DNA of 64,000 nt from Octopus sinensis (taxonomy: Eukaryota): positions 139,872,001-139,936,000 of the forward strand of contig NC_042997.1 of assembly GCF_006345805.1 (NCBI RefSeq), given 5' to 3'. A program made the position numbers and the translations under genes. Under the pieces are notes generated by a model that did not search any database, was not told the DNA's origin, and worked only from the letters and a program-made list of their open reading frames with translations. Shown piece after piece: positions 36,202 through 56,670 of the stretch; position 1 is the first letter of the stretch, and each line of letters starts with the position of its first letter.

Positions 36202-37286
36202 GAATTTTCCTGCTTAGGGAGCAGTTTTTGGCTGGAGGTGTGGTTGCACTGTTGGATAGGGTTGTAGTTTCCACTTTTGTTGTTGTTGTTTTTGTGTCTT
36301 CCTGAAAAGACTGGACCAGCATTACTGCAGCATGGTGTGTTTCTATTTTTATTGTTATTCAGGTTTGTGTGTTGGCTTGAGGCCCCGTTTCTGTTTGTGC
36401 GTCGGGTCCCTGGAAGATGAGTGAAGGGACAGTCACTCAGTAGACATGTTCTCTCACGTTGGGAATACCGGCAGATTTTGGGACTCCGAGTTGTGTGTGT
36501 TTTGAATTTCGATTTACTATTTGGTGGTGTTGATGTTATTGTGGGATGCGTGCTTTGGCCTTGGCCGGTAGTGCGTCTAGTGCCGGGTAGATGCGTGAAG
36601 ATGCAGTCACTATTTGTGCAGAGTCTCTGGCGCAGTGAATAGCGGCATATTTGGGGATTTCTTGTTTGTGCCGTGGGGGGCGCATTCTGCTTCCTATGTT
36701 TCTTTAAGTTTTTGTTACTGCAGTAGTATTGAGGTGGTGATGTGGGGGAAGAGGGCAGTAGTTTCTTATTTGGTTTTCTGTTGGTATTTTTGGTGATAGA
36801 AGACGATGGTGGCAGCGGTGGTGATGATGATGATGATAATTGTGGTGGTTGCTGTGAGAGCGGTGAAAAGATACTGGCATTTAGTGAATCGTCTAGTAAG
36901 CTAGAGTTGAGGAGTGGCTGTTGTTGTTGTGCCTGACCGATGTCAGGGTCAGCCATTGTGCTGGGAACCAGGAGTGGCTCATTCTGTTGTTGTTGTTGTT
37001 GTGGCTGCTGATTTTCTAGCTGTTGTTGTTCTTGAACTGTGAAAATATGTAGAAGCTTTTCATAATGGCCTCTTATCAGTTTGAAAGATACTTCCATATG
37101 TTTCAACTTGCTACGAATCTGTTTGACTGATCGTGTGTTGACCATTTGTGATGTTTTTTCGGCAATCTCATTCAAACACAAGACATTTAGATTTTCTGTT
37201 TGGGAAAGAGAGAGCCATGTGTTTATTAAAACATCAATTTCGTTATCAGACCAATTTCGTCTGTTGCAGGCCTGCAAGTTAGTCAT
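36087..37286 (-). CDS. LINE ORF1, 399 aa: Myb/SANT-like N-terminus, polyQ/Ser-Pro linker, two CCCH zinc fingers
   Basis: RRNWSDNEIDVLINTW...EIAEK...RSVKQIRSKLKHM; CRYSLRQRLCTNSDCIFTH and CRYSQRERTCLLSDCPFTH. Confidence 0.85.
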   Translation of the reverse strand: MTNLQACNRRNWSDNEIDVLINTWLSLSQTENLNVLCLNEIAEKTSQMVNTRSVKQIRSKLKHMEVSFKLIRGHYEKLLHIFTVQEQQQLENQQPQQQQQQNEPLLVPSTMADPDIGQAQQQQPLLNSSLLDDSLNASIFSPLSQQPPQLSSSSSPPLPPSSSITKNTNRKPNKKLLPSSPTSPPQYYCSNKNLKKHRKQNAPPTAQTRNPQICRYSLRQRLCTNSDCIFTHLPGTRRTTGQGQSTHPTITSTPPNSKSKFKTHTTRSPKICRYSQRERTCLLSDCPFTHLPGTRRTNRNGASSQHTNLNNNKNRNTPCCSNAGPVFSGRHKNNNNKSGNYNPIQQCNHTSSQKLLPKQENSFLAMLNMAKEIHKNILAITQHHPMLLPQCTNSPHCCH

Positions 37287-37559
37287 GTTTGTTTTTCTTT
37301 TGTTTGTTTTCCTTTTGATTTTTGAAAATATATATATTCTTTCTTGGGAGTTAAAGAAGTGATATATATAAATGTTCTCTCTTAAGGGTGTGAGTTTTTG
37401 ATTATTTGGTTGTTTGAGGATATTAAAAGAAAACAGGTGTATATAACAATTTGTAGTTAAATGAAAACGTACTTACGGGTTTGTATATAGTATATAGTAT
37501 GTATATATATATATATGTATGTATTATATTGTATATATGTATGATACATATTACTCTTT

Positions 37560-38435
37560 TACTCTTTTACTTGTTTCAGCCATCCGGCTGAGGCCATGCT
37601 GGGGCACCGCCCTGTTGCTACCCTCTCTAAGTCCAGTTTGCCGTGGCTGGCCACTGATCTAAGAGAGAGTTTGTAGCGCTGCCCTTAGGTTACCTCGTAC
37701 CTTGCAGGGGTTCATCTGGGATCCCGGAAAGCAGCTTGTCTAGATGTTTTTTGAAAATGTCCACATGCATCATGTAGATCTCTTAGTTTTCTTGCAGTTT
37801 GTTGAACAGCTGAGGGCCCCTGAACCCCAGGCTATTACAGTATCTGCTCCTTACCCTGGATGTGGAAGACGGGACCTTTGGCACCACACAGTGACGACCT
37901 GTACGGGATTGGAACAGCTCTCAATTCCAAAATTTGGTGCTAGTCCTCCAGGATTTTCCATATGTATATCACTGCATATCTCTCTCGTCTTCGTTCCAAG
38001 GAGTACAAATTGAGTTCCCTAAGCCTCTCCCAATAGTTTTTCTTTCATGGTGGGAAATCCTCTTGGTGAAATGTCTTTGGATTGTCTCAAGCTCTGTGGT
38101 TAGTTTGACACTATGCGGTGACCACAGTTGGAGCAGTAGTCTAGGCGGCTTAGGACAAATGTCCTCCATAGTGTCAACATGTCTCGCAGTCTCTGTCCGG
38201 AATGTCTCAGGATCCAGCCAGTGAGTCGTGTCTGCACATTGTCGCCACCTTCGCGATGTGTGAAGAAAAAGATGCATCGTCATCATGTCTATCCCCAGGT
38301 CCCGTATTGATTTCGATACTGGGATTTCGATCCCTCCTGGACCAGTATAGTTGTGTTGTAATGTATATGTGTTTACAGCTTGATATTGTAAGGCTTGAAA
38401 TTTACCAGCATTAAATTGCATGTTGTTTTCTTCAG
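37560..38435 (-). mobile_element. Degenerate 3' fragment of a second CR1-like family
   Basis: [17 protein letters not shown]...IRDLGI...[24 protein letters not shown] with frameshifts. Confidence 0.8.
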
Positions 38436-38489
38436 CCCATCGACCCCAAAAGGATGAAGGCAAAGTTGACCATGTAGAATTTGAACTCA

Positions 38490-47459
<8,970 letters not shown>

Positions 47460-48364
47460 TCTTCTCTCTATATATAAACGGCAGTTTGTCTGTCTGTGTG
47501 TCTGTCAGGTTGTACCCTCACCCTGACCACGGCTTTCAACCGATTCTGATGAACTGACACACCATAGCCCAATGTCATAATTCAAAACTAACGCAGCGAA
47601 AATTTTAAAAGTTCCCCCAGTTCTGAAAAAAATCAATAAATTCGACATGGGGTCGAGAATCAGAAACACAAACCACAGACTGTCTAGGGACGCAACTCGA
47701 CCTTTTAACTCAACTCCATCAATATCCAGCTACTTGAAGCTATTCCTGGTGATGACCACGTCTACAAATCTATTGATAGGACAGCAGACCCCGCCGAGCT
47801 TGCGATTATTTGTTGAATTCCTGAATTCACTTGAACCGCCAGTCCTGCCGCCACACACATCCTGAAGTTAAAATTCGGTGCGCCCATTATGCTCATCAGG
47901 AATTTGGTTCCCCTAAACCGTGCAACGGCACACGTCTGGTTGTGAAACATTTGCCACCGCATTTAATGACGGCACATATACCCGTTTGTGGAAGGGAGGG
48001 AGAGGACGTCTTCATTCCACGCATGCACCTTCAACCGTCGTGCGCTGACCTACCAATCCACTTCAGGCGTTCTCAGTTTCCTGTTAAACCCTGCTTCGCA
48101 ATGTCCATCAATAAATCCCAAGGCCAAATTCTACAAGTCGCTGGGTTACAGTTGGGCGAACAGTGCTTCGCCCACGGTCAACTCTACGTGGGCTGTTCAC
48201 GCGTTTGGAGGCGCAATGATGTTTTCATGTTTTCACCCAAAGGGACAGCTAGGAACATCGTATACACAGAAGTATTCGAGTGAAGAGAAGACATTGCAAC
48301 CTACACATGCGCCTTCGTTCCCTAGAGGGAAAGGACTAGATTGGAATTAGTCATTGCCTACTAG
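47460..48364 (+). mobile_element. Internally deleted Helitron with a C-terminal helicase remnant
   Basis: 5' A|TCTTCTCTCTATATATAAACGGC; EFLNSLEPP...CNGTRLVV...RRSQFPVKPCFAMSINKSQGQ...HGQLYVGCSRV. The 3' end is uncertain. Confidence 0.85.
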
Positions 48365-48409
48365 GGGCTCTTACATACTGAATGAGCTATATATATGTAT
48401 GTATGTATG

Positions 48410-48577
48410 TACTACACTCACGGAGTGGTTGGCGTTAGGAAGGGCATCCAGCCGTAGAAACACTGCCAGATTTGACTGGGCCTGATGAAGCCTTCTGGCT
48501 TCACAGACCCCAGTAGAACCGTCCAACCCATGCTAGCATGGAAAACGGACGCTAAATGATGATGATGATGATGATGT
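48410..48577 (+). mobile_element. RTE-3'UTR-related repeat, 3' fragment
   Basis: ggcgttaggaagggcatccagccgtag...catgctagcatggaaaacggacgctaaa(tga)n. Confidence 0.75.
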
Positions 48578-48634
48578 ATGTATATATATATATATGTATG
48601 TATATATATATATATGTATATATATGTATGTATC

Positions 48635-49095
48635 CTTAAAAATGTTTTAGCCTGAAGGCCACGGCCAGGCTGGGGCACCACCGCTGAATGAGCTACACTA
48701 ATATTTGAATACACCTCTGATACGTGGCACTTGGTCAACAAGGGAGTTCGATGCCGCTGCCCGCATCTGTGTCTCCTGTTGTGAGGTAGGTTCATGTGGG
48801 ACCCCCAACAAGAAGAGATCCAGTTTTGTTTTAAAGAAACCCACATCCACACCATGCAAGTCTCTCAGGCATTTAGGGAGGATGTTAAAGAGCTGTGGTC
48901 CTCTGAAACCCAAGCTGTTGCAGTATCTGGTCCTGTATTTTGATGGTGATGTTGGAATCTTTGGCACCATGCAGTGGCGCCCCGTTCTGCGGTTGGGGTA
49001 ACTTTGAATGCCAAAGTTTGGGACAAGACCCTCCAGGATTTTCCAGGTGTATATCACCGCATATCTCTCCCGCCTTCTCTCTAGGGAGAAGAGGT
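48635..49095 (-). mobile_element. 3' fragment of a CR1-like LINE
   Basis: [24 protein letters not shown]...[15 protein letters not shown]...FKTKLDLFL. Confidence 0.85.
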
Positions 49096-49610
49096 GTATA
49101 TATATATACACATGTATATACATACATATATATATATATACATATTTATATATATATATATATATATATACACATGTATATACATACATATATATATATA
49201 TATATACATATTTATATATATATATATATACACATGTATATGCATACATATATATATATATACATATTTATATATATATATATACACATGTATATATATA
49301 CATATTTATATATATATATACACATGTATATACATATATATATACATATTTATATATATATATATACACATGTATATACATACATATATATATACATATT
49401 ATATATATATATACACATGTATATACATATATATATACATATTTATATATATATATATACACATGTATATACATACATATATATATACATATTTATATAT
49501 ATATATACACATGTATATACATATATATATATACATATTTATATATATATATATATACACATATATATATATACACATGTATATACATACATATATATAT
49601 ACATACACAT
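49096..49610. repeat. TA-based minisatellite with a recurring higher-order unit
   Basis: Repeats of ...tatacacatgtatatacatacata(ta)n tacatattta(ta)n. Confidence 0.85.
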
Positions 49611-49929
49611 ATGATAAAAGGGAGTAGTAGGGAGTAGCAAATTAACAATAAATGAAGTAATTGGTATAGAGGTATAAGTTTCTATAAGAATAGAGCTATG
49701 TTAGAATCATTTTTAAAAATAGAGTTTTACAAGGATCATTTTTTTAAAAAAACGTAATAGTGAAGGGGCATTAGAATTAGTAAAATACTGACAGCTTAAA
49801 TTGGTGATATTAGGAAGATGTAAGATATCAAGAATGTATCAATAATATATTAAAATCTATCAAATATATTTGGAAATGTTCAAAAGATATCTGACGTGAT
49901 ACATAATAATAATAAATAGGTTACAAAGA

Positions 49930-50290
49930 GGAGTGGCTGTGTGGTAAGTAGCTTGTTTACCAACCACATGGTTCGGGATTCAGTCCCACTGCATGGCACT
50001 TTGGGCAAGTGTCTTCTACTATAGCCTTGGGCTGACCAAAGCCTTGTGAGTGGATTTGGTAGACGGAAAATGAAAGAAGCCTGTCGTATATATGTGTGTG
50101 TTTGTCCCCCTAGCATTGCTTGACAACTGATGCTGGTGTGTTTATGTCCCCGTCACTTAACGGTTCGGCAAAAGAGACCGATAGAGTAAGTACTGGGCTT
50201 ACAAAGAATAAGTCCCGGGGTCGAGTTGCTCGATTAAAGGCGATGCTCCAGCATGGCCGCAGTCAAATGACTGAAACAGGTAAAAGAGAG
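49930..50290 (+). mobile_element. tRNA-derived SINE, family B
   Basis: gagtggctgtgtggtaagtagcttg...ctttgggcaagtgtcttctactatagcc...tgactgaaacaggtaaaagag. Confidence 0.85.
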
Positions 50291-50585
50291 AGAGTAATTA
50301 AGATGGAAGTTAAAGATAAAGTACAAAGAACTTTTTCTTTGTATATTATTATATTATTACGATTATTATAACTTTTTCTTTGTATTTTGTCTTTAACTTC
50401 CATCTTAATATTTTTTATTTTTTACTTTTTAGTTTTTATTCTTTACATTTTCACTTTGCTCTTTACCTCTTTGTAACTGATTATTATTTATTATTATTTA
50501 TCTTTTTATGTATCATGTCAGATATCTTTTGAACGACCTGTTGATCTCCTCCATTTTCTTATTGCTATATATGTAGGTATATATA

Positions 50586-52099
50586 TCTGTATATATAAAA
50601 GGCAGCATGTGTGTGTGTGTGTATGTGAATATAATTTATACACATCCACAAATTAGCATGCATGTCGCTCAAATTTTAGGAGGACATTCGTCATGATATA
50701 TATAGCAATAAGAAAATGGAGGTGATCAATAGGTGGTTCATCAACTTTTAAGCATTATATTATGTTTTTTTTTTAAACACGAGATATAGTCTTCAAATTT
50801 AGGTTGTTTTTGAAAGACACTATATTTTATAATCAGATTATATATACATTCTCACACAACAATTAAAATATATTTATTTCAAATCACATATTTATCTATT
50901 TATTTATGAATGGCAGGATGTGTGTGTGTGTGTACGTGAATGTAATTTATGCACGTCCACAAATTAGTACACATGTCGCTCCAATTTTAGGACATTGGTC
51001 ACGATCATGGCTGTGTTTTTGTCAACTTATTTTTCCCAAGGCACCCGCGGATAGTGGTAAAAATCGATTTTCAACCATTACTTTTACCAATTTCCACGTC
51101 GTTGAAATCCGTAAGTTTTAACTCAAATGGGGTGGAAGCCTTGGAAATTTTACCCACTCCCAACATTTTACAGAAATAAATTTTCCAGATTGTGAATTAC
51201 ATTGTTTGTTATTAAATATATATATAAAATAGCGTGCAAACCTTTGATGCAACCTTCTCCAATGCAGATCTCCGAGGCAAGCTTTTTCAATGCATATCTT
51301 TGATGCTGCCTTTCAGAGGCTTCTGAGCCCCCTTTTGCTCGGTTAATTTAGGCTTAGGTTAAGGTGTAGTTGTGATCCGAACTTAACCCCTTCTGACACA
51401 GAGGATCAGGAGCCCTTTTGGGCGTTCTATTTTCCTTGTTTGAAGGGCTCCCAACCCATAGGCCAAATAGGGTTAGATGGTAGGGGTGGGGGTTTTGAAA
51501 GGGCCAGCATGTGCAACCTGATCATCTCTGTTGGTTAACTTCCCAACACATGCGTTCTCGTCGCGACAATGATTCTGCAGAACTGGGTTGAGTGTGAAAA
51601 CCAACTTTAAAGTATAAATATAGATTTTTTGAATAAGCAATGTTGTGTTCGGTTAAGCCCTATTTGGGGTGAAAAATCAATAAATTGATTCCTTATGGGG
51701 TTTTCCATTCAATCAGGATGAAAAATGGATAAACCAATTCCTTATAGGATTTCTCACGCTAAAATTGGCTACACCCCATTTTCAACCATAACTATAACCA
51801 ATTTTTATGTATTTTGTTCAAACTTGATGCTGGCGTTACTTAGGACTCATGGGATCTTTGAATGCTTTAAGTTCTCAAAAAAAAAAAATACAATCGATGA
51901 GTGGAAAAATCGATAAACCGATTCCTTATCGGATTTCCCAATCAAATTGTCTGCAACCCATTTTCAGCCAAATGTTTACCAATTTCAACGGATTTCGCTC
52001 AAATTTGATGTTAGTGTTACTTAGTTTGGTTTAAAACAAAGCGCTTGATTAGCTTAATAATCTTACTTAATCCTGGGCAATGCCGATCTATACTTCTAG
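50586..52099 (+). mobile_element. Non-autonomous Helitron, copy 2 (rearranged)
   Basis: A|TCTGTATATATAAAAGG start and cctgggcaatgccg...CTAG|T end; the 5' block is repeated at about 50910-51000. Confidence 0.8.
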
Positions 52100-52234
52100 T
52101 ATATACCTATATATTTATATATGTGTGTGTGTGTGTATATATATATGTGTATGTAACATGTATGTATATATATATATATGTGTGTGTGTGTATATATATA
52201 TATAGATAGATAGATAGATATATAGGATCAAGAT

Positions 52235-53302
52235 TTGTGCAGAAAAGATTTTCCTCAGATTAATAGATTAACATGTTACACAAGCAGATACAAGCACTAC
52301 TTAAGAGTCTCTTTTAGTTGTGCACCGAACATAAAAAGCATTTTATCAAGTTTCCACAATATAAGCGGGGAGGCAGGTTGCTGTTGCAGGCTATATAATA
52401 AGTGGCCAGTTGGAGGCTGAGGGGGTCATCTATGAACCTACGTGATACTTAGGTCTATTAGCCGTAATAACAGTAATGTAACATTGAAGAGGAATATTAT
52501 TAGCAGATTAACCAGGTCTCATCCCTATACAGTTACCACGCTGGGAGGAGCATCACCGAAGATCCTGGTACTATGCCACGGGTAATGAACAAACCATTGA
52601 TGCAGATGGAGTGACCAGTACAAATGCTGTACCTGGAAATAAGGACTTATCCAGAACTGGCAACTTGGACTGGGTATCTTCCGTTCCCAGTTCCGCCACC
52701 TTAGATGAGGACTGACCAAACATTCATCTTCAACACTGATGGGATGACCAGCCCCATGCCATATGTTACCAGGAGTGTGAATAGGGCCACATCCCATGTT
52801 TATAGATATATTGGTTCGGCGAGTACTTCGTTCAAGAAACGTTTTCTTGACCACCAGTCATCCTGACCTGCCTTGTGTGGGACCTCAGAGATCAAGGGAC
52901 CCCGTGTGATGTCAGGTGGAAATTGATTATCTGGGCCCATATATCAATGGTAGTAGCCGTTGCAAGATCTGCATCATGGAAAGAACCAAAATTCTTAAGG
53001 ACTTTAAGAAGCCTGGTCCATTAAACAGCTGTAAAGAAGTGTTTTCTAAATGTATCCACTTTAAGCGCTACTTTCTAGAAAATTGGATCTTCCTGTTTGC
53101 TCATTAGGCCTCTCCGAGTCTATTAAGCCCCCCCCCCCATTAAGGGGAAACAACACGTATTCATTAACGTTTTTCCTATTCCTTGAGTTTTAATAGTTTC
53201 CTCACATCTGCAATGCAGATATTTTAAAATTTTGTATTCCTATAGAGTCTCACAAGCTGTCCAGAAGGCTTTGGGTTTGTGTGAAACCTTGGGTAAGAAC
53301 TG
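52235..53302 (+). mobile_element. Degenerate Penelope-like element (GIY-YIG region and 3' repeat)
   Basis: LRVSFSCAPNIKSIL...CCCR; YRYIGSASTSFKKRFLDH; PYINGSSRCKICIMERTKI...LNSCKEVFSKCIH. Confidence 0.7.
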
Positions 53303-53531
53303 TATATAAAATTTTGTTGTAATAATCGCTGCTCTATTTTTTTAGAGTGTGCTCCTTTCTAATATATATTTTATTAACTACAAATACACACACACACATG
53401 CACTTACATATTTACATATATACACACATATCATATACATATATACACACATATCATTCATAATTGTGTATGTTTTATTTGCACAAAAGCATTTTCTGTT
53501 TACTCTTTTGCAGGCTGTTTAACTTGATAGG

Positions 53532-54212
53532 ATGATTGCACAAGCTGCTCATTGCTATAAGTTTTTCATTGATCAAACACTAAAGAGACCTCTGTATTTA
53601 AGTCATTATCAAAGAACTCTCCTACTCCAATTTTGCCGTTTTAAGCATCTCCAACTTTCCAGTCCAATTTTACCAACATTTTTTCAAGCAAAGAACTATT
53701 TGGAAAGAGTTGCTCTTGTTGACCAGAATGGGCACTTCCGATACAGAGACCTACTCCATTACAGTGCAATTTTATCGAAAAAAATTAAAAATACAATTGG
53801 CTGCACTTCAAATTCCTGTGAAGGTTTACGGATAGCATTTCTTTGTGAAAATGATTTGTCATATGTCGTAACAAAATGGGCAACTTGGATGATTGGAGCA
53901 GCTGCTGTTCCGCTTTGTAAAACACATCCTGTTAAAGAAATTTGTTATTTCATAGACAATTCCAAATCCTCAATTGTTGTTATTAGTGAAGAATTCAAAA
54001 GTCTAACTGAGGAAATAGAACAAAATACAGGAGTTCAAACATTGCTTTTAAGCAAAGATGACTATCTTCATGAGTATGATCCATGTCAAAATTATTGGTT
54101 GACTGAATGTAAAGAGTTGGACAGAAAATTTGAAGAAATGCTTAAAATAAACCAGTTCAAAAACCAGCCAGCATTAGTTATTTATACTAGTGGTACAACA
54201 GGGAAACCAAAG
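53532..54212 (+). CDS. ACSF3: Malonate-CoA ligase ACSF3-like, first coding exon (681 nt)
   Basis: Acceptor at 53513/53514, ATG at 53532; basic presequence-like N-terminus, RIAFLCENDLSYVVTKWATWMIGAAAVPL, AMP-binding YTSGTTGKPK|gtaagt. Confidence 0.88.
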
Positions 54213-54269
54213 GTAAGTTTTTGATTCCACCCACTTAATTTAAATGTTTTATTTACTACTCTCTCTCAC

Positions 54270-54304
<35 letters not shown>

Positions 54305-54959
54305 TACATACATACACAAGCACGCATCAATGGGTTGGCTGGTTTGACATGGATCCAATTAATCAAGGACTGCATCCTACTCCAGTATCTGCTTTGGCAG
54401 AGTTTATGCTGTTGGGTGCCCTTTCTAATGCCAATCACTTTGCAATGTGTTCTGGATGTTTTTCTCGTGCACTCTTGAAGTCACCATGTAGATTGCTAGT
54501 CACCAAATCCAGGAAGGGATGTATGTTGCTTTTCTATGGTAGGAAGGAAGAAATGTGTTTTAGAGGGAGCAGCTACCTGGCTACTTACATTTAGGAAAGA
54601 GAGAACAAGAATAAATTAGTGGTATCTCTAAGGATTTAGATGGTTGGATGAGGTGTCAAGGTGGTACCTCAGGTAGCTGGAGAAGTAGTGTGTGTGTGGG
54701 GAAGAGAGGGGAGTAGTGAGAGAAGCCACTAGAAAACATCTATAAGGATTGAAGGGAGGTGGTGCACAAGTTGGGGAGGCTACAAGATACTAAGCAGGCA
54801 TACATATATATATAATAATTCTTGTTATTTTAATTATGCTATCATTTGAAGTAGATTGGATTAATTTTAAGATATATGTGTTCCTGTCAAGATTTAATAT
54901 TGTTACTGCTTTAGACATTTTAATCTTGATGATAGTAGTTTTAATGGTTGTAGTAATCA

Positions 54960-55650
54960 ATGAAAATAATTGTTATATGTAAACAAACATAAGTTTGTTT
55001 TTGAAGTACTGAAATGTATTGTAGTACAAGTAGAAAGATATATATTTTCAATATATATGCTGATAGAACAGCATATATAGGATAAAATCCTTAGAGCAGA
55101 AAAATCTGTCACAACCAGCCATGAGACTTGAACTAACATCCCTTCAATTTCTGGTCAAAGTGCTTTACCATTTAAGCTAAACTGTTTTACTGACAAATTT
55201 TTCTGCAATTTAGAATTTATAAATTCATCTAGAAACACTATATGGAATAGAAATTATGTCATATGTAAACAAACATAGGTTTGTTTTTGTAGCTCTGTAA
55301 GGATTTTATCCTGTATATGCTGTTCTATCAGTACATAGGCGTTGTAAAAATATACATCTTGTACTACAATGCACTTCAGTGCTTCAAAAACAAACCTATG
55401 TTTGTTTACATATGACATAATTTCTATTCCATCTAGTGTTTCTAGATGAGTTTATAAATTCTAAATTGCAGAAGAATTTGTCAATAAAACAGTTTAGCTT
55501 AAATGGTAAAGCACTTTGACGAGAAATTGAAGGGATATGAGTTCGAGTCTCATGGCTGGTTTCTGACAGATTTTTCTTTTCTGTAAAGATTTTATCCTAT
55601 GTATACTGTTCTATCAGTACTTACGCATTGAAAAAATATATCTTTCTACT
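54960..55650. repeat. Inverted arrangement of a roughly 320-bp unit containing a tRNA-derived cloverleaf
   Basis: tagcttaaatggtaaagc...atgagttcgagtctcat at about 55494-55558 (+), with an inverted copy at about 55112-55188. Confidence 0.8.
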
Positions 55651-56670
55651 TGTAATGAAAATAATGTTTGGAACCCTGAAGTATTGAAAATGATTACTTC
55701 TGTCATACTTCAACTGACTTGATGGTGGGTCTCTGAAAGGTATTCCAGGACCAATGACAGATGAAGTCAGTCGTCTCAATACAGTAAGTTGTTGCTTGGT
55801 CCCAGCTCAGCTCAGGTTGAGAAGCCCTCTGATCAGTGATGTTCTGATCTCGATCATCTCATTTTCTAGTACTCCATTATGCAGTGTAAGTTCTTTTCTA
55901 AGACTGGTGGTGTGTGAATTGGAGGCAATTTGGTTCCTATTATAACGGATTAAATGACTGTGCAAGGACTATTGTTGGTTCATAATCCAGTATCTTATTC
56001 CTTGTAGGTCAAGGATTTATTTTGGATTGATTTTCATAATTTTTAGATTAGATTAATTGAAGTTGTTGAAGGTAGTGATGCAGTAGGGATTAATTTGGAA
56101 ATTAGCTACTGTTTCTTGTAATTGATCAACTGTATCGAGTCTAACTTGTTTGTTTAGTGGTAATCTGTAGTGTTTTGAAAACTGACATAACTGTAACATC
56201 CAAAATTTCTTTTGCTAAATAGGTAAATTTGCATTTTACTCTAGGGAATAACCAACTTTATGACCTTTCTATAATCATAACATTATAAGTGTTATTTGAT
56301 AGATAACATTTTGCTAAAATATTAATACATTTCTAACAAATGTAGAATGTGTTTGCTTGTTCTTAAGTCACAAATTGAAATAACTGAAGGGATCTAGAGC
56401 TATTAAGGTTGTGTTGCTTTAATTCCTTGTTATTTAATATTGTAATATTTATTCGTTTATCCAGATGCCTTTGTATGTGCTGTGTGATGAAATGTAGGTG
56501 TTGTAAAAAAATGCTAAGTTTTAGTGTTTCTTGAAAGAGTCTGAATCTGAAAATTATTGTCTTCTTGAATATGGAAGAGAGTAAATGTGCATGACAATCT
56601 TTCAAAGCTTATTAAAATTGTCTCTTTGTCTTTGCAGCAGTCTACTGATTAAAGTATGTTATTGTTTCAG

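Larger units (their letters stand above)
32993..37483 (-). mobile_element. Near full-length CR1-group LINE (ORF1, ORF2, 3' UTR, (TATCAAAG)n tail)
   Basis: Contiguous 5' UTR, ORF1, APE, RT and short 3' UTR ending ...gaaacctatcaaagtatcaaagtatcaaagtata, flanked by microsatellite on both sides. Confidence 0.93.

Noticed and set aside
37470-37480. Consensus splice donor (ccc|GTAAGT, minus) at the LINE 5' end
   Set aside because: No convincing acceptor before the ORF1 ATG; may be chance.
55490-55560. Functional tRNA gene
   Set aside because: The anticodon arm is degenerate and differs between the two copies, the acceptor stem is mismatched, and it is embedded in a repeated unit. Treated as tRNA-derived.
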